From a virus (lineage: Duplodnaviria > Caudoviricetes): a stretch of 64,000 bases of DNA. Within the stretch, counting starts at the first letter, position 1; each line of letters starts with the position of its first letter. The notes beneath the pieces were generated by a model that had not been told where the DNA came from, searched no databases, and was given only the letters and a program-made list of their open reading frames with translations. The position numbers were made by a program, and so were the translations under genes. The stretch is taken from the IMG/VR virus record IMGVR_UViG_3300044957_001482, positions 34,179 through 98,178 of that record; one strand, 5' to 3'. Below, in pieces: positions 26,265 through 38,900 of the stretch.

Positions 26265-29200
26265 ATGGCACAAACTACAAGACAAACAGCGATATTTGGT
26301 GTAGAGGACTGGAAACAGATTTACCAGACCTATCGCGAAGCAGATTTTCAAAGCTATGACTTTGAAACCCTGCGCAAAAGTTTCATTGACTACCTACGCC
26401 TGTATTATCCCGAAACATTCAACGACTACATCGAATCATCGGAATTCATCGCCTTGCTGGATGTGATCGCGTTCATGGGACAGGCCATGGCATTCCGAGC
26501 CGATCTCAATGCCAGAGAAAACTATCTAGACACTGCCGAGCGCAGAGATTCGGTGGTGAGACTGGCAAATCTGGTCAGCTATACCGCCAAGCGCAACACT
26601 GCAGCATCGGGTTATCTCAAGGTATTCAATGTGGTTACCACCGAAAACGTGGTAGACTACAACGGAGTCAATTTGAGCAATGTCACGGTGAACTGGACCG
26701 ACCCTACCAACCCAGACTGGCAAGAGCAGTTCACGGCCATAATCAATGCAGCCATGGTCAGCGGACAACGAGTGGGGCGCCCGGGAAATCGCCAGACCAT
26801 CCTGGGAGTGCGCACCGACGAATACGCCATAAATCTTGTTCCTGGCTTCCTGCCCGTGGTCACATATTCGGCCACAGTGGACGGCATCAATATGCCGTTT
26901 GAGGCAGTGACTGCTACGTCACAAGGCGAACCCTATGTCTATGAACCGCCTCCCAGACCTGGCACACCATTCAATGTTTTATTCCGCAATGATCAACTGG
27001 GATTCAGCAGTGCTGACACCGGTTATTTTTTCCTGTTCAAGCAAGGCACCCTGCAAAATCAAGATTTCAACTTGGCCGAACGCATTTCCAATCGCACAGT
27101 CAATGTCAATATCGAAGGCGTCAACAACCAGGATCGCTGGCTGTTTCAGTTGGACAATGTTGGTACCGTGACCCGCGAGTGGGTTTACGTCGATAATATC
27201 TATGCCGCGGCCGGAGAACCCGGTCTGCGTCCAGTATACTCCACTACCAGTCGTGCCAACGATCAGATTACCCTGGTATTTGGTGATGGTGTGTTTGCCG
27301 AGATACCCGTGGGAACTTTCCGTGCCTACGTGCGCGCCTCCAATGGCCTGCAATACATCATCAATCCCGAAGAAATGCAGAATGTGGTCATACCCATATC
27401 CTACATCAGTCGCAGTGGCAACCTGGAAACCATAACTTTTACCTGTGGTATCACGCGTCCGATATCCAATGCCCAGACCCGCGAGCGCATTGATTCTATC
27501 AAACAACGTGCCCCGGCACGGTACTATGCTCAAAATCGCATGGTCAACGGTGAAGACTACAATCTTTTTCCTTTCACTGCATTCAATTCTATCATCAAGA
27601 GCAAGGCACTGAACCGCGCATCCATCGGTACCAGTCGTTATCTTGATCTGGTAGATAACACTGGCAAATATTCCAGCACCAACACTTTTGGTAGCGACGG
27701 TGGGATGTGGCAAGAAAATCCACTGCCAACCATACTGTTTTCCTGGACCAATCGCAACGAGATCGTAGACATCATTACCAATCAAGTGCAACCACAACTG
27801 GGCGAAGCCATCACCAAACAGTTTTACTATGCCAACTTTCCGAGAAAATTGGTCAACACCGTGGAATTTGTGTGTACGTCGACCAGCTCCACTACCAATG
27901 CCATCAGTACCAGTTCGCAGGAATTTTTCCAATACGTGAGTGAACTCCTGGGCCAGCAAATCAAGTTTGCCGATACCATTGGTGGCCTGATCGCCGGACT
28001 GCCTTACTATGTCAGGACCGTGGACACAACCAATCTGCGATTCACGGTGAGCGCCACAGTGGGTGGCCCGTCGGTGGCCTTGACCACGGCCACTCAGGGC
28101 GCGATGACCGCTCGTGCTGAGCTGATCACGTTCAACACCACCTGGAATCAGAGTACCACCTTTACCAACGAAACCACTGGTTATTTTAAAAACAACAGCG
28201 GCAGCCCGGTGTCGGTGGGGGCAGATTCCAGCCAGGTACTCAAATACATCGTGCCTAGAGCATTGATACTGTTCCGTGCCCCTGCTGGTTATTATTTTGA
28301 TCGTAACAATCGCCTCCGGTTAGGTGAACCCACACGTGCCGACGAAAGAGTCACACTGTGGGCATCGCCATTGCGTGTGGACGGCGATGGATCCAACGGC
28401 GGTATCGGCAATTTTTCCAACGAAACCGGACCGGTGGTACTCAACAACTTTGTCCCCACCGGTGCCATAGTAGACACCGTGATTCCTCAGTTCATAGCTG
28501 ATTTGCCCAGATCCGTGGAGAATCAGGCTCGCGAGCAGATCGAACTGTTTCGCAATTTTGGCCTGGGATATGACAACAGTGGGTCCTTGACTGGAACTCC
28601 GAGTACGTGGTATCTCATAAATCAGCAAAGCCTAGATATTGATGCTCCTTTTGCCATCACTCCGGGAATCAGCGGTCGTAATACCAACACCGGGCAGGAC
28701 GCATCGTGGATGGTGCAGTTCGTGGTAGAAAATCAGAACTACGCTATAACATTCCGCGGTCTTGCCTATTACTTTGGATCGGTGTTGCAGACAAGATTTT
28801 TCTTCTACGAAGGGCAACAAGTGTATGACAGTCGCACTGGTACAATTATCCGCGACTTTGTCAACGTGCTGGCCGTCAACACTCGCCCGGATTCAACCGA
28901 TCCCTTGCCAGGAGACATACCGGTGACCATCATAGGACAACCGGTACAAAGCGATGGCTTTGTGGATGATTTCCAGGTCCTGATTGGTTTTCGTGACAGC
29001 GACAATGACGGCGTGCCCGACGACCCGGATTTCTTTAACGAAATCGTGTCTCCAGCAGTGAATCCCAACCAAAAGCTGGTATTTTTTGAACAAACTGTTG
29101 ACTTTGATAACCTGCAGCGGTATCTACTGGTCCAACCCGGACGAGTGACCAGCGACTATCCTACCCGGGATGCGATTGAGCTGGCCAAATTCGCATGGTC

Positions 29201-29954
29201 GCCGGGCCAAGTGTTTTATGCATACGACGAACAAACTTTCTACCAACTATCACGCACTGTGACTGGGGTTCTGACGATCGACCCGGTTAGTGGTTGGATC
29301 GCCCGCACAGGACGCCAGGCTCTGTACTATCAATATCGGCACAATTCTCCGCTGACCAATCGCATCGATCCGGGTACCACCAATATCATTGATCTTTACG
29401 TGGTCACACTGAGTTACTACACTGCCTATCAGAACTGGCTCAAAGACACCACCGAGACCATACCCGAACCTCTGCCGCCCACGATCAATGATCTCAATGT
29501 CGAGTATCAACATCTCAACGATTTCAAAATGATTTCTGACAACTTGGTGTTGAATTCAGTGTCATTCAAGCCGCTGTTTGGCGCCAAAGCTTCTCCAGAA
29601 TTACGAGCCACAATCAAAGTCATACGAGCACAGAATTCCACAGCCAGCGTCAGCGAAATCAAGAGTTCGGTCCTGGCTGAAATGAACAACTATTTCAGCA
29701 TTGACAAATGGGACTTTGGATCTACCTTTTACTTCAGCGAACTGGCAGGGGTCCTGCATCGGCAATTGGGTACCATTATCAGTTCTGTGATCCTGGTACC
29801 CCTGGATCCACAAAAATCATTTGGGGATCTCTACGAAATACGCAGTCAACCCAATGAAATTTTTGCCAATGGTGCCACTATCGATAACATCGATGTGATC
29901 GAGGCATTGACTAGTAGTAATCTTCGAACCCGACCCGGCAGCGGAGTGATTTAA
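26265..29954 (+). CDS. Baseplate wedge subunit, T4 gp6-like
   Basis: DFETLR...ENYLDTAERRDSVVRLA, FGDGVF..IP, IKQRAPARYYAQNRMVNGEDY. Confidence 0.88.
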   Translation: MAQTTRQTAIFGVEDWKQIYQTYREADFQSYDFETLRKSFIDYLRLYYPETFNDYIESSEFIALLDVIAFMGQAMAFRADLNARENYLDTAERRDSVVRLANLVSYTAKRNTAASGYLKVFNVVTTENVVDYNGVNLSNVTVNWTDPTNPDWQEQFTAIINAAMVSGQRVGRPGNRQTILGVRTDEYAINLVPGFLPVVTYSATVDGINMPFEAVTATSQGEPYVYEPPPRPGTPFNVLFRNDQLGFSSADTGYFFLFKQGTLQNQDFNLAERISNRTVNVNIEGVNNQDRWLFQLDNVGTVTREWVYVDNIYAAAGEPGLRPVYSTTSRANDQITLVFGDGVFAEIPVGTFRAYVRASNGLQYIINPEEMQNVVIPISYISRSGNLETITFTCGITRPISNAQTRERIDSIKQRAPARYYAQNRMVNGEDYNLFPFTAFNSIIKSKALNRASIGTSRYLDLVDNTGKYSSTNTFGSDGGMWQENPLPTILFSWTNRNEIVDIITNQVQPQLGEAITKQFYYANFPRKLVNTVEFVCTSTSSTTNAISTSSQEFFQYVSELLGQQIKFADTIGGLIAGLPYYVRTVDTTNLRFTVSATVGGPSVALTTATQGAMTARAELITFNTTWNQSTTFTNETTGYFKNNSGSPVSVGADSSQVLKYIVPRALILFRAPAGYYFDRNNRLRLGEPTRADERVTLWASPLRVDGDGSNGGIGNFSNETGPVVLNNFVPTGAIVDTVIPQFIADLPRSVENQAREQIELFRNFGLGYDNSGSLTGTPSTWYLINQQSLDIDAPFAITPGISGRNTNTGQDASWMVQFVVENQNYAITFRGLAYYFGSVLQTRFFFYEGQQVYDSRTGTIIRDFVNVLAVNTRPDSTDPLPGDIPVTIIGQPVQSDGFVDDFQVLIGFRDSDNDGVPDDPDFFNEIVSPAVNPNQKLVFFEQTVDFDNLQRYLLVQPGRVTSDYPTRDAIELAKFAWSPGQVFYAYDEQTFYQLSRTVTGVLTIDPVSGWIARTGRQALYYQYRHNSPLTNRIDPGTTNIIDLYVVTLSYYTAYQNWLKDTTETIPEPLPPTINDLNVEYQHLNDFKMISDNLVLNSVSFKPLFGAKASPELRATIKVIRAQNSTASVSEIKSSVLAEMNNYFSIDKWDFGSTFYFSELAGVLHRQLGTIISSVILVPLDPQKSFGDLYEIRSQPNEIFANGATIDNIDVIEALTSSNLRTRPGSGVI

Positions 29955-32900
29955 TGGCGAAGGTACGATCGGTAGATTTTCTACCCGAAATTTTTCAAAC
30001 TGACACCAATCGCCAGTTTTTGGCTGCCACACTCGACATGTTGGTGCAAGAGCCAAAGTTTAAAAAATCACAGGGATTCATTGGTCGCACCGTGGGTCCC
30101 GGGGTCAATCCATCGGACCGATACATCGTTGAACCCGATCGAGTTCGTGCTGATTATCAACTTGAACCGGGGGTGATATGCCTGGAGGAAAACCCTGATC
30201 GGATCAAAGAGGCCATTACATATCCGGGCATGCAAGATGCCATTTCCTTCCAGGGCGGCAACGGAAATCGGGCCGATCGGTTGTACCAAAGCGACTATTA
30301 TACTTGGGATCCGTTTGTAGAATTTGATTCATTGGTGAATTTCAGCCAGTACTACTGGCTGCCCAATGGTCCAGACCCGGTCACGGTGGCCGCCACAGGG
30401 ATTCCAGTTTCCAACGATTTTACAGTGACCAGAGCCAACGGAGTCTATACTTTTTCAGGAGTCGCCGGAAACACTCCGCTGATAGAGCTGGTACGAGGCG
30501 GCAACTATACTTTCCGGGTCTCGCAAAACACCAAAGAAACTGTCAACTATCGTGTGACCAATCAAGGAACCTCGGCCTACGTGATCGACGGTGCGTCTAA
30601 CCCCACGCTGACCTTGGTGCGTGGCAATACCTATGTTTTCAATCTCACACTGCGCGGTCTGTTTCCTTTCTGGATCAAGATCTTGCCCACTCAGGGCGTG
30701 TTTGATGCCTATTCGCAGGGAGTCATCGGAAACGGCAATGCCGCTGGACTGATAACATTTGTGGTGCCACAGGATGCACCGGACACCTTGTACTATGTGA
30801 GCCAAAATCAACCCAACATGCAAGGAGTGTTCAACATTGTCAACGGACAGTCGGGTACCGGTCCTGGTTTTTGGATACAGACCGATCCGGGATTGTCCGG
30901 CACTCTGGAAGCCACCCCCAATATCAGCAGCAGAACAGTGATGGGAGTGTCTAACAACGGTGAGGACCTGGGCACCATATCTTTCAACGTTCCATCTCGT
31001 ACCGCACAGCAGTTTTACTATGATCTAGCGCAATTCACGGTACCAGTGGACCTGGTCACTGATTTCAGGTTCAACCAGATCAACAATCAGCCGCTCAACG
31101 AAGTCATCCAGCGACTGCAGGCCTATGACATGGCAAATTTTGACAGTGCACAGACGTCGGGCAGCCCGGGAAGCTATGATTATAATCCAGGCCCAGACGT
31201 GGAGCTCACAGAATTCGCACGCACCGGCATCGACGGAGTGACCTATCTTGAAAACCGCACATTGATATTCCTCAATGTAGATTCTGGATGGGAACGTACC
31301 ACGTTGTTTGATCCATTGTCTCGAGATCCGGCCAACAATTTTACCACAGGAAGTTTTGATACCACTCTGTATGATCAGGTTCTTCCCATTTTGCCCGAAG
31401 ACAGACAACAACTCTGGCAGATCAACATCGAAACTCGCGAGGGAATTTCGTTTGTGAACTTGGTCAAGGTCGCAGATATTCCGTCACTGTCCAAATTCAC
31501 AGTGCGCTATGGCACGGTTTATAGCAACACCACTTGGTTTAAGAATGACGTTGGACGGTTTGAGCCGGTGCCGTTGTTGACTGCAGTGCGAGACACTTTT
31601 TATTATCAGGACGGAACCGATCCTGATTTGTTTGGAGTCATACGTCTGGTGGACCCGGTACAGAGTTCGACGCTGTTTGTTGATGATATTCTGGACCAGA
31701 CAAACTACCAGAGTCCAAACGGAGTAGAATTTACCAATGGACTCAAAGTGGTATTTCGCGGAGACGTGGTTCCGGCCAGTTACGGGTCGGGCACGATTGG
31801 AATTGACTGCAGCGGCACCAGCAGCGAGTTCAATACCATCATTACCTATTCCACTGAAAATCTCTACATCGGTCAGGAAATACTGTTTTTTGGACCAGTG
31901 TCTGCAGGCCTTGTGCCCGGCAGATCTTACTACGTTTTCACCATAGTCAATCAATTTCAGTTCTCGGTCAGTGCAGTGCCAGGAGGAATGGCCGTACCGT
32001 TGAGTACCGCAACTGTGAATTTCACCGCCACGGCGATTAACTATCGCGAATACTATGTGTCAGGCGTAGGCACTGCTATAAAGTTGCTTCCAGTGAGTGA
32101 TTTCGTAGTTGTGGAATCATATGCAGGTGACAGCAGTGATTTCGTAGTTGTGGAATCATATGCAGGTGACAGCAATGACAGCACACTTGCTGTCGAGCCT
32201 CTGCAACCCGATTACATAACCATAGATCGTGCCAGTCGAGATCTCAATGCCTGGACACGCAGCAATCGATGGTTCCACATCGATGTGATCACGGCCACGG
32301 CTGCTTACAACAACACCGTGATTGATGTGCGAAACGAAAGCCGCGCCAAACGCCCTATTTTGCAGTTTCGTCCTGGTATACGTCTTTTCAACATGGGCAC
32401 CGAGGGCAAACAACCAGTTGATATCATAGATCTATCACAGACCGACGCATTCAGCAACGTACAAGGCGCGACCTCTTATACCATCAATGGCTACAGTTTT
32501 GTCAATGGCACCCGAGTGATCTTTGGTGCGGATCAGGACCCTGCGGTAAAAAACAAGATCTGGGTGGTAGAATTCATTGTGCCAGACACAGTGTTCCCGT
32601 TGATAGCGCAACCAGTGATCAATCTCACCCTGGCACCAGACGGAATTACCTTGGTAGATCAGTCTGTGATCAGCTTGAATCCAGTGCTGTTCGCCGATGG
32701 CACACAAGCCACTGGGAATACCTTCTGGTTCACAGGTGTGTCCTGGGTGCTTGCACAACGCAAGGAATCAGTCAATCAGGCACCGTTGTTTGATGTATAT
32801 GATGACACTGAAATAAGTTTTGGCGATCGAGTCAAATACCCCAGTACAAATTTTCAAGGCAGCAAACTGTTTAGTTATGCAGTGTCGGATCCCGGTGTTC

Positions 32901-35900
32901 CAGACGCGATACTTGAATTTCCATTGCGATATCTCAATGTTGCCAACATCGGTGACATCGTATTTGAAAACAATCTTTATCGCGACCAGTTCGTATACAC
33001 TCGTGACAATGTCAGTGTCACTTTGCCTATCAGTCTGGGCACGACTCGAGAATATCGATCGCGCACACAGTATCAACGGTTGCTGGGATGGCAGCGAGCC
33101 CGCACACAGTCGTTGGTATATCAGCAATTCAAGTTCATTAACGATGGCACTTTGTTGCAGTTGGACATACGTGCCGAGCAACGCCAGGATATTCCGCCCG
33201 TCAAAGTCTATGTTGAGTCGACGTTTGTGTCGCCCGGTGACTACACTGTGACTCGCGGCAACGATTCTACCACCATTGCATTTGATATTTCGTTGCCGGA
33301 TGGTGCGATAATTGAAGTGTTGATTCTCAGCGATCAGGTCAGCAAAACTGGATTTTATCGGGTACCTATCAACCTTGAAAACAATCCGTTGAATGCCAAC
33401 AGCCGGGAGCTCACACTGGGTACCATACGCACTCATTATCAAGGACTGTGCGAAAACCTCACGGAACTTCAAGGGCCAATCTCGGGAGCTAATAACAGTC
33501 GAGATCTTGGTAATCTAGTACCGTATGGACTGACCATATTGCAGCAGAGCAGTCCACTGACACTGGCTGGATATTTCCTTCGCAGTGCGGAATTCAATAT
33601 ATTTGACAGTTTGATTTTCAACAATCAAGAGTACATCAAATACAAAAATCAGATTCTACAATCAGTCACAGAACAGGAACTGCAATTCCAGACAGCCGCA
33701 CAGATTCTAGACCAGGCCATAGAATCAGTCACTGCAGGTCGTGTGCAGTCACAGCCTTTCTACTGGTCGGACATGATTCCGTCGGGTGCAGTGTTCACCC
33801 AGACCAACTACACTGTTACCATTACCACGACCAATACCTTTAACACCTTGCAGATCTACGATTACCACTCGGCCAACTATCGTGGACTCAATGTATATCT
33901 CAATGATAGGATATTGCTTCGCGGCCGCGATTATGTTGTGGCCACCGACGGTGCAAGAATCACTGTGCTGATCTCAATGTCCTTGGGAGATGTCCTGACA
34001 TTGAGAGAATACAGCGAAACCTATGGCAATTTCTGTCCCAATACTCCAACCAAACTGGGACTTTACCCAGCCTGGGAACCTCGGGTCGCAGTGGAACGCA
34101 CATCCACCGGCGAGCAAACCGTGATCGTGGGCCACGACGGAAGTATCACCAAGCCGTTTGACGACATACGCGACGAAGTCTTGCTGGAGTTCGAACGCCG
34201 CATTTACAACAACCTCAAATTGGATGGAAATCCGGTACCGCTGACCATCAGTGATGTGTTGCCCGGCGAGTTCCGCGACACCGGTTATTCGCTGGAAGAA
34301 ATACAGACCATACTCAATGAAGATTTCCTGAGCTATGTGGCCTGGAACAAACTGGATTATCGCGCTCAAGAATATCGAGCCAACAACGAATTCACATACA
34401 ACTACAGTCAGGCCACCAGCAAGATCAACAATGTTCCTTTGCCGGGAGCCTGGCGCGGTATCAATCGATATTTCTACGACACGCAGCAACCACAGTTGAC
34501 TCCCTGGGAAATGCTGGGATTCACTGTGGAACCAGCCTGGTGGACGCTGGTCTACGGGTCAGCACCGTACACACAGGACAACCTGGTGCTATGGGATGAC
34601 CTGGCGCAAGGTCTGGTACGAGACCCGCAGGGATCCTACATCCTATCACAGTATGCCAGGCCAGGTCTGCAACAGGTAATACCCACAGACTCCCAGGGAC
34701 AACTGCAATCGCCGTTGACAGCTGTGGTTGGAACCTTTGATGCGCAGCAGTTCAGACGCAGTTGGAGCCTCGGCGACGGCGGCCCGGTCGAAGCGTCTTG
34801 GTGGAACTCCAGCTCATACCCATTTGCTGTGATGCGTCTGTTGGCACTGACACGGCCAGCCAAGTTTTTTGCTCTGTTTGTGGATCGAGATCTCTATCGT
34901 TATTCTGAAGAATACCGGCAATTTCTCTACGACGACCGTTATCGATTGGATGCCAATGGAGTACAAGTCTATGGCAACGGAGTCAGCAAGGCCGGCTATC
35001 TTGATTGGATCGTCGACTACAATCGTCAGAGCGGGCTGGATTCTACTCAGGATCTAACCAATGATCTTTCCAGGCTGGATGTGCGCCTTTGCTACCGCAT
35101 GGCAGCATTCAGCGACAAGCAATATATCAAGCTGTACACAGAAAAGAGCAGCCCCAACAGCGAAAACACATCGTTCCTGATCCCCGACGAAAACTATCAA
35201 CTTTTGCTTTATAAAAATCAACCATTTGATCGTGCTGTTTACAGTGCAGTGATCGTGCAGCGTGTTCCCGGCGGATACGCAGTCTATGGCTACAGCACAG
35301 CACAGCCATTTTTCACGGTGTTTGAAGGGCAGACCGCAGGAACTCTGGTACCTATCACGGTGTCCGGCAAGACTGTGCGCGTTCCAGCCCGGTACACTGC
35401 AAAAGCGTTGTCGATACCGTATGGATTTATATTTGCTGACGAAAATTCGGTCAGTGATTTCTTGTTGGGATATGGCGAATATCTCGAGTTACAGGGACTG
35501 TCTTTTACCAACACCGAGAATGGCTATCAACTCGATTGGAAACAGATGGTGGTGGAGTTTCTGTATTGGAGCCAGCAGGGATGGGATGACAATTCAGTCA
35601 TCGTGTTGAATCCGCTGGCCTCCAGATTGTCAATCGAGCGCTCCCGGGCCGTGGTCGACAACATCAACATACAGACCACCAACAAGATTTTGTTGGATCA
35701 GAATCGTCGTGCACTGCCTGTGCGCAACCTCAACATCGTGCGATTAAACAACATATTCACGGTTGAGCCGCTGGATGATCGTGCGTTGAGTTTCATTGAT
35801 CTGACCTACACCAGTTATGAGCACATGATTGTGCTGAACAATGTCAGCTTGTTTGGTGATCTTATCTATGATCCGGTGACTGTAGCAAGACAAAGTCGTC

Positions 35901-38900
35901 TGAATATCATAGCAATATCTACGGCAGAATGGAACGGACAGATCGATACTCCAGGATTCATACTGAATCAGAACACAGTCGAGGAATGGAACCCGACCCA
36001 ACGCTACAGCAAAGGTGAGATCGTTCTTTACAAGGATTCGTATTGGAGTGCAGCGACCATTGTGCAGCCCAGTGAATACTTTAATTTCTCTGACTGGGTA
36101 CAGAGCGACTACGAACAGATCGAGCTGGGGCTGCTGCCAAACCTGGCCAACAAGGCCAATCAGATTGCCAACAGCTACAACATCAATCAGGCCAATCTTG
36201 AAACCGACAATGACTTGCTGAGCTACGGATTGATTGGATTCAGGCCTCGGCAGTACATGACAGCATTGCAACTAGACGATGTCAGTCAGGTCAATGTATA
36301 TCGACAGTTTCTGGACACCAAGGGCACCATACTCAGTGCCGAACTGTTAGCACGAGCCAGACTGGGCAAGGAAAGTGCAGATTATCAAATCTATGAAAAC
36401 TGGGCAGTGCAACGCGCAGTCTACGGAGCCAACGCCAATCGCAGTTTCTTTGAATTGCGACTGAATCGTGCCCTGCTAACTGCCAACCCCAGCACCATAC
36501 AAGTGATACAGTCCGAGCAGTCTAGCCTAGCCGATCAAACCATTTTGCTAAGTGATATCTGGAGACAGAGCTATCGTCTGACCAGCACTGATATTTTGCC
36601 TACCACCACGGTGGCTATCACTGACACAGCGCTGCCATCTGCTGGGTATGTGAGTCTCGACGATGTTGACGTCACGGTATTCGATCTCGACGACCGCAAT
36701 GCATTGTCAACGGTAATTGATCAGATCAATTTGGACACCAAGATCTGGGTGGCTCGCATAAACGACTATGACTGGAACGTTTATCGTGTGGGATCGGTTC
36801 CAGGTAATATCAGCCATTGTTGCGACAACCTCGATGGTACCAGTCTGGTCATATTCACAGAATTCCATGGTCTAGTGATTGGACAACAAATCATTATCAA
36901 ATATTTTGATACACTGATCGACGGTGTCTACACCGTGCTGTCGATACCTTCTCTGAGCAAGATTACCATTGGCTTTCGATTCCTCGGCGATCAGACCGTG
37001 GTCAACGGAGCAGGCATTGGGTTTGTCCTGGAAACCATGCGAGTAACGCAGCTCAGCGATATCATAAATTTGCCGTATGCCAATCAAATTCAACCCGGGG
37101 CACGGGTATGGGCAGACAACAATGGCGACGGGCGTTGGACCGTGGTCGAAAAACAACAGGTATTTGTGTCAGTCACACAGCTGGAGCCAAAGATACTTGA
37201 TACACAATCGGGTTATGGAAGTTCGGTGTCTCAGGCCACAGATCGTTTTGCTGCATTGGTAGGATCGCCATCATATTTTGAATCAGTGCCTGCTGGCAAT
37301 GATCTCTATGGAGCTGTCTATGTTTATGTAAGAGGTCACTCCGAGGTGTATCAGCCGGTCAGTCCGGCAAATGACAGAGATGCGGTATTGTACTTGAATA
37401 CTCCGGGCACTCGAGGATTTGGTAATGCCGTGGAATTTGGTAACCGCAGCTGGGCTGCGGCCGGGGCCAGTGCAAGTCTAGGGGAATTTGGAACTGAAAA
37501 CTACGGTTACGTCAATGTAATTCATCTCGACACCAGCGATTATACGCCCGGATCCAACCCCTACATTGGATGTCAAGTATTGGTCAATCCCGATGACACC
37601 GACAGTGCCTCGGAATTTGGTTACAGCCTGGCCATGAGTCTCGATGAACGGTGGCTTTATGTTGGCGCACCTGGGGCCAACCGAGTGTATGCGTATGGTC
37701 TTGTGATCTGGCAAGATCAGTTTGTGCGCACAACAATGGAGGATAGCACTGTAGAGTTTGACATTGCAGGCCAGATCCAGATCGACAATGAAAATCAAGT
37801 TGAAGTCTTGATAGACAACACCTTGCAAACACTGAACGTAGACTACACAGTCAGTGCTGATTTCTCGACGATAACAATTGTCGACTATGTGGAAAACGGC
37901 GAGCTGGTCATACAGCGAAGAAAAGACGTATCGCTGGATCCTGCTGCAGGACCAACCTATGCCAATATTGGACAATATTTCTTCACCGTGGCCACTGCTG
38001 AGAACCTCTATAGTTTTTCTATAGAAGTGGTCAAAGAATATAACATAGTAATCGACGGAATACCCACAAAAATCATAGAAACGGTTCAACAAAGACCCAA
38101 CATTGACTATGAGTTCGGCGACGGGTCCAGCCTTGATCTAACATTTAAATATGCATTTGGGCCCGAAGTCCAGCAGATAAATCTACGTGCCCAAGGCTAT
38201 TGGCAGTTTGTCGACTCGCTGGCTGTCCCGGACCTGCCTGTTGACGCACGATTTGGCCATTCGGTTTCAACCAGTACCGACGGCCGCCAGGTCATGGTAG
38301 GGGCACCATACCATGAAGTTAACCAACAGGATCGAGCAGGATCGGTCTATGTTTTTGACAGAAACGTACAACGTTTTATCTACGGGCAAGAATCCAGCAC
38401 AGTTGATTTCACATTGTTGGGATCTGTGACTGAGCCAGTGGCAGTCACAGTCAATGGACAGTTTCTGATCAGCCAGTCAAGTTCGGTGATAGACGCTCCC
38501 AACTCATTCACGGTGTTTTATAATTCCTATATCAGTAGTTGGCAGGTGCGGATCAATGCTGATCTTGCAGTGGGCGATGTGATTGAAATAGAAACCAATC
38601 AGTTCCGACTGCTGCAGGCCCTGGCACAGGAATCAGCTGAAGAATTCGCAGAGTTTGGTACCTCTACGGACCTTTGCAGCACCAATTGCAGTCTATATAT
38701 AGGAGCACCGAGCAGCAGCGTGCAAGTTTACAAGGGCGGAGTAGTGGAACGCTGGGTCAATCAGGCCACGGTCTACGGTACCATATCGGCCACCAATGCT
38801 CCAGTTTCTCTCACGCCGGGCCACACCTTGCGTGTCAACGACATTGATGTAGCGGTGCCCGCTGCACCCAACAACACACCTGCTGGACTGGCCGCCAGCA

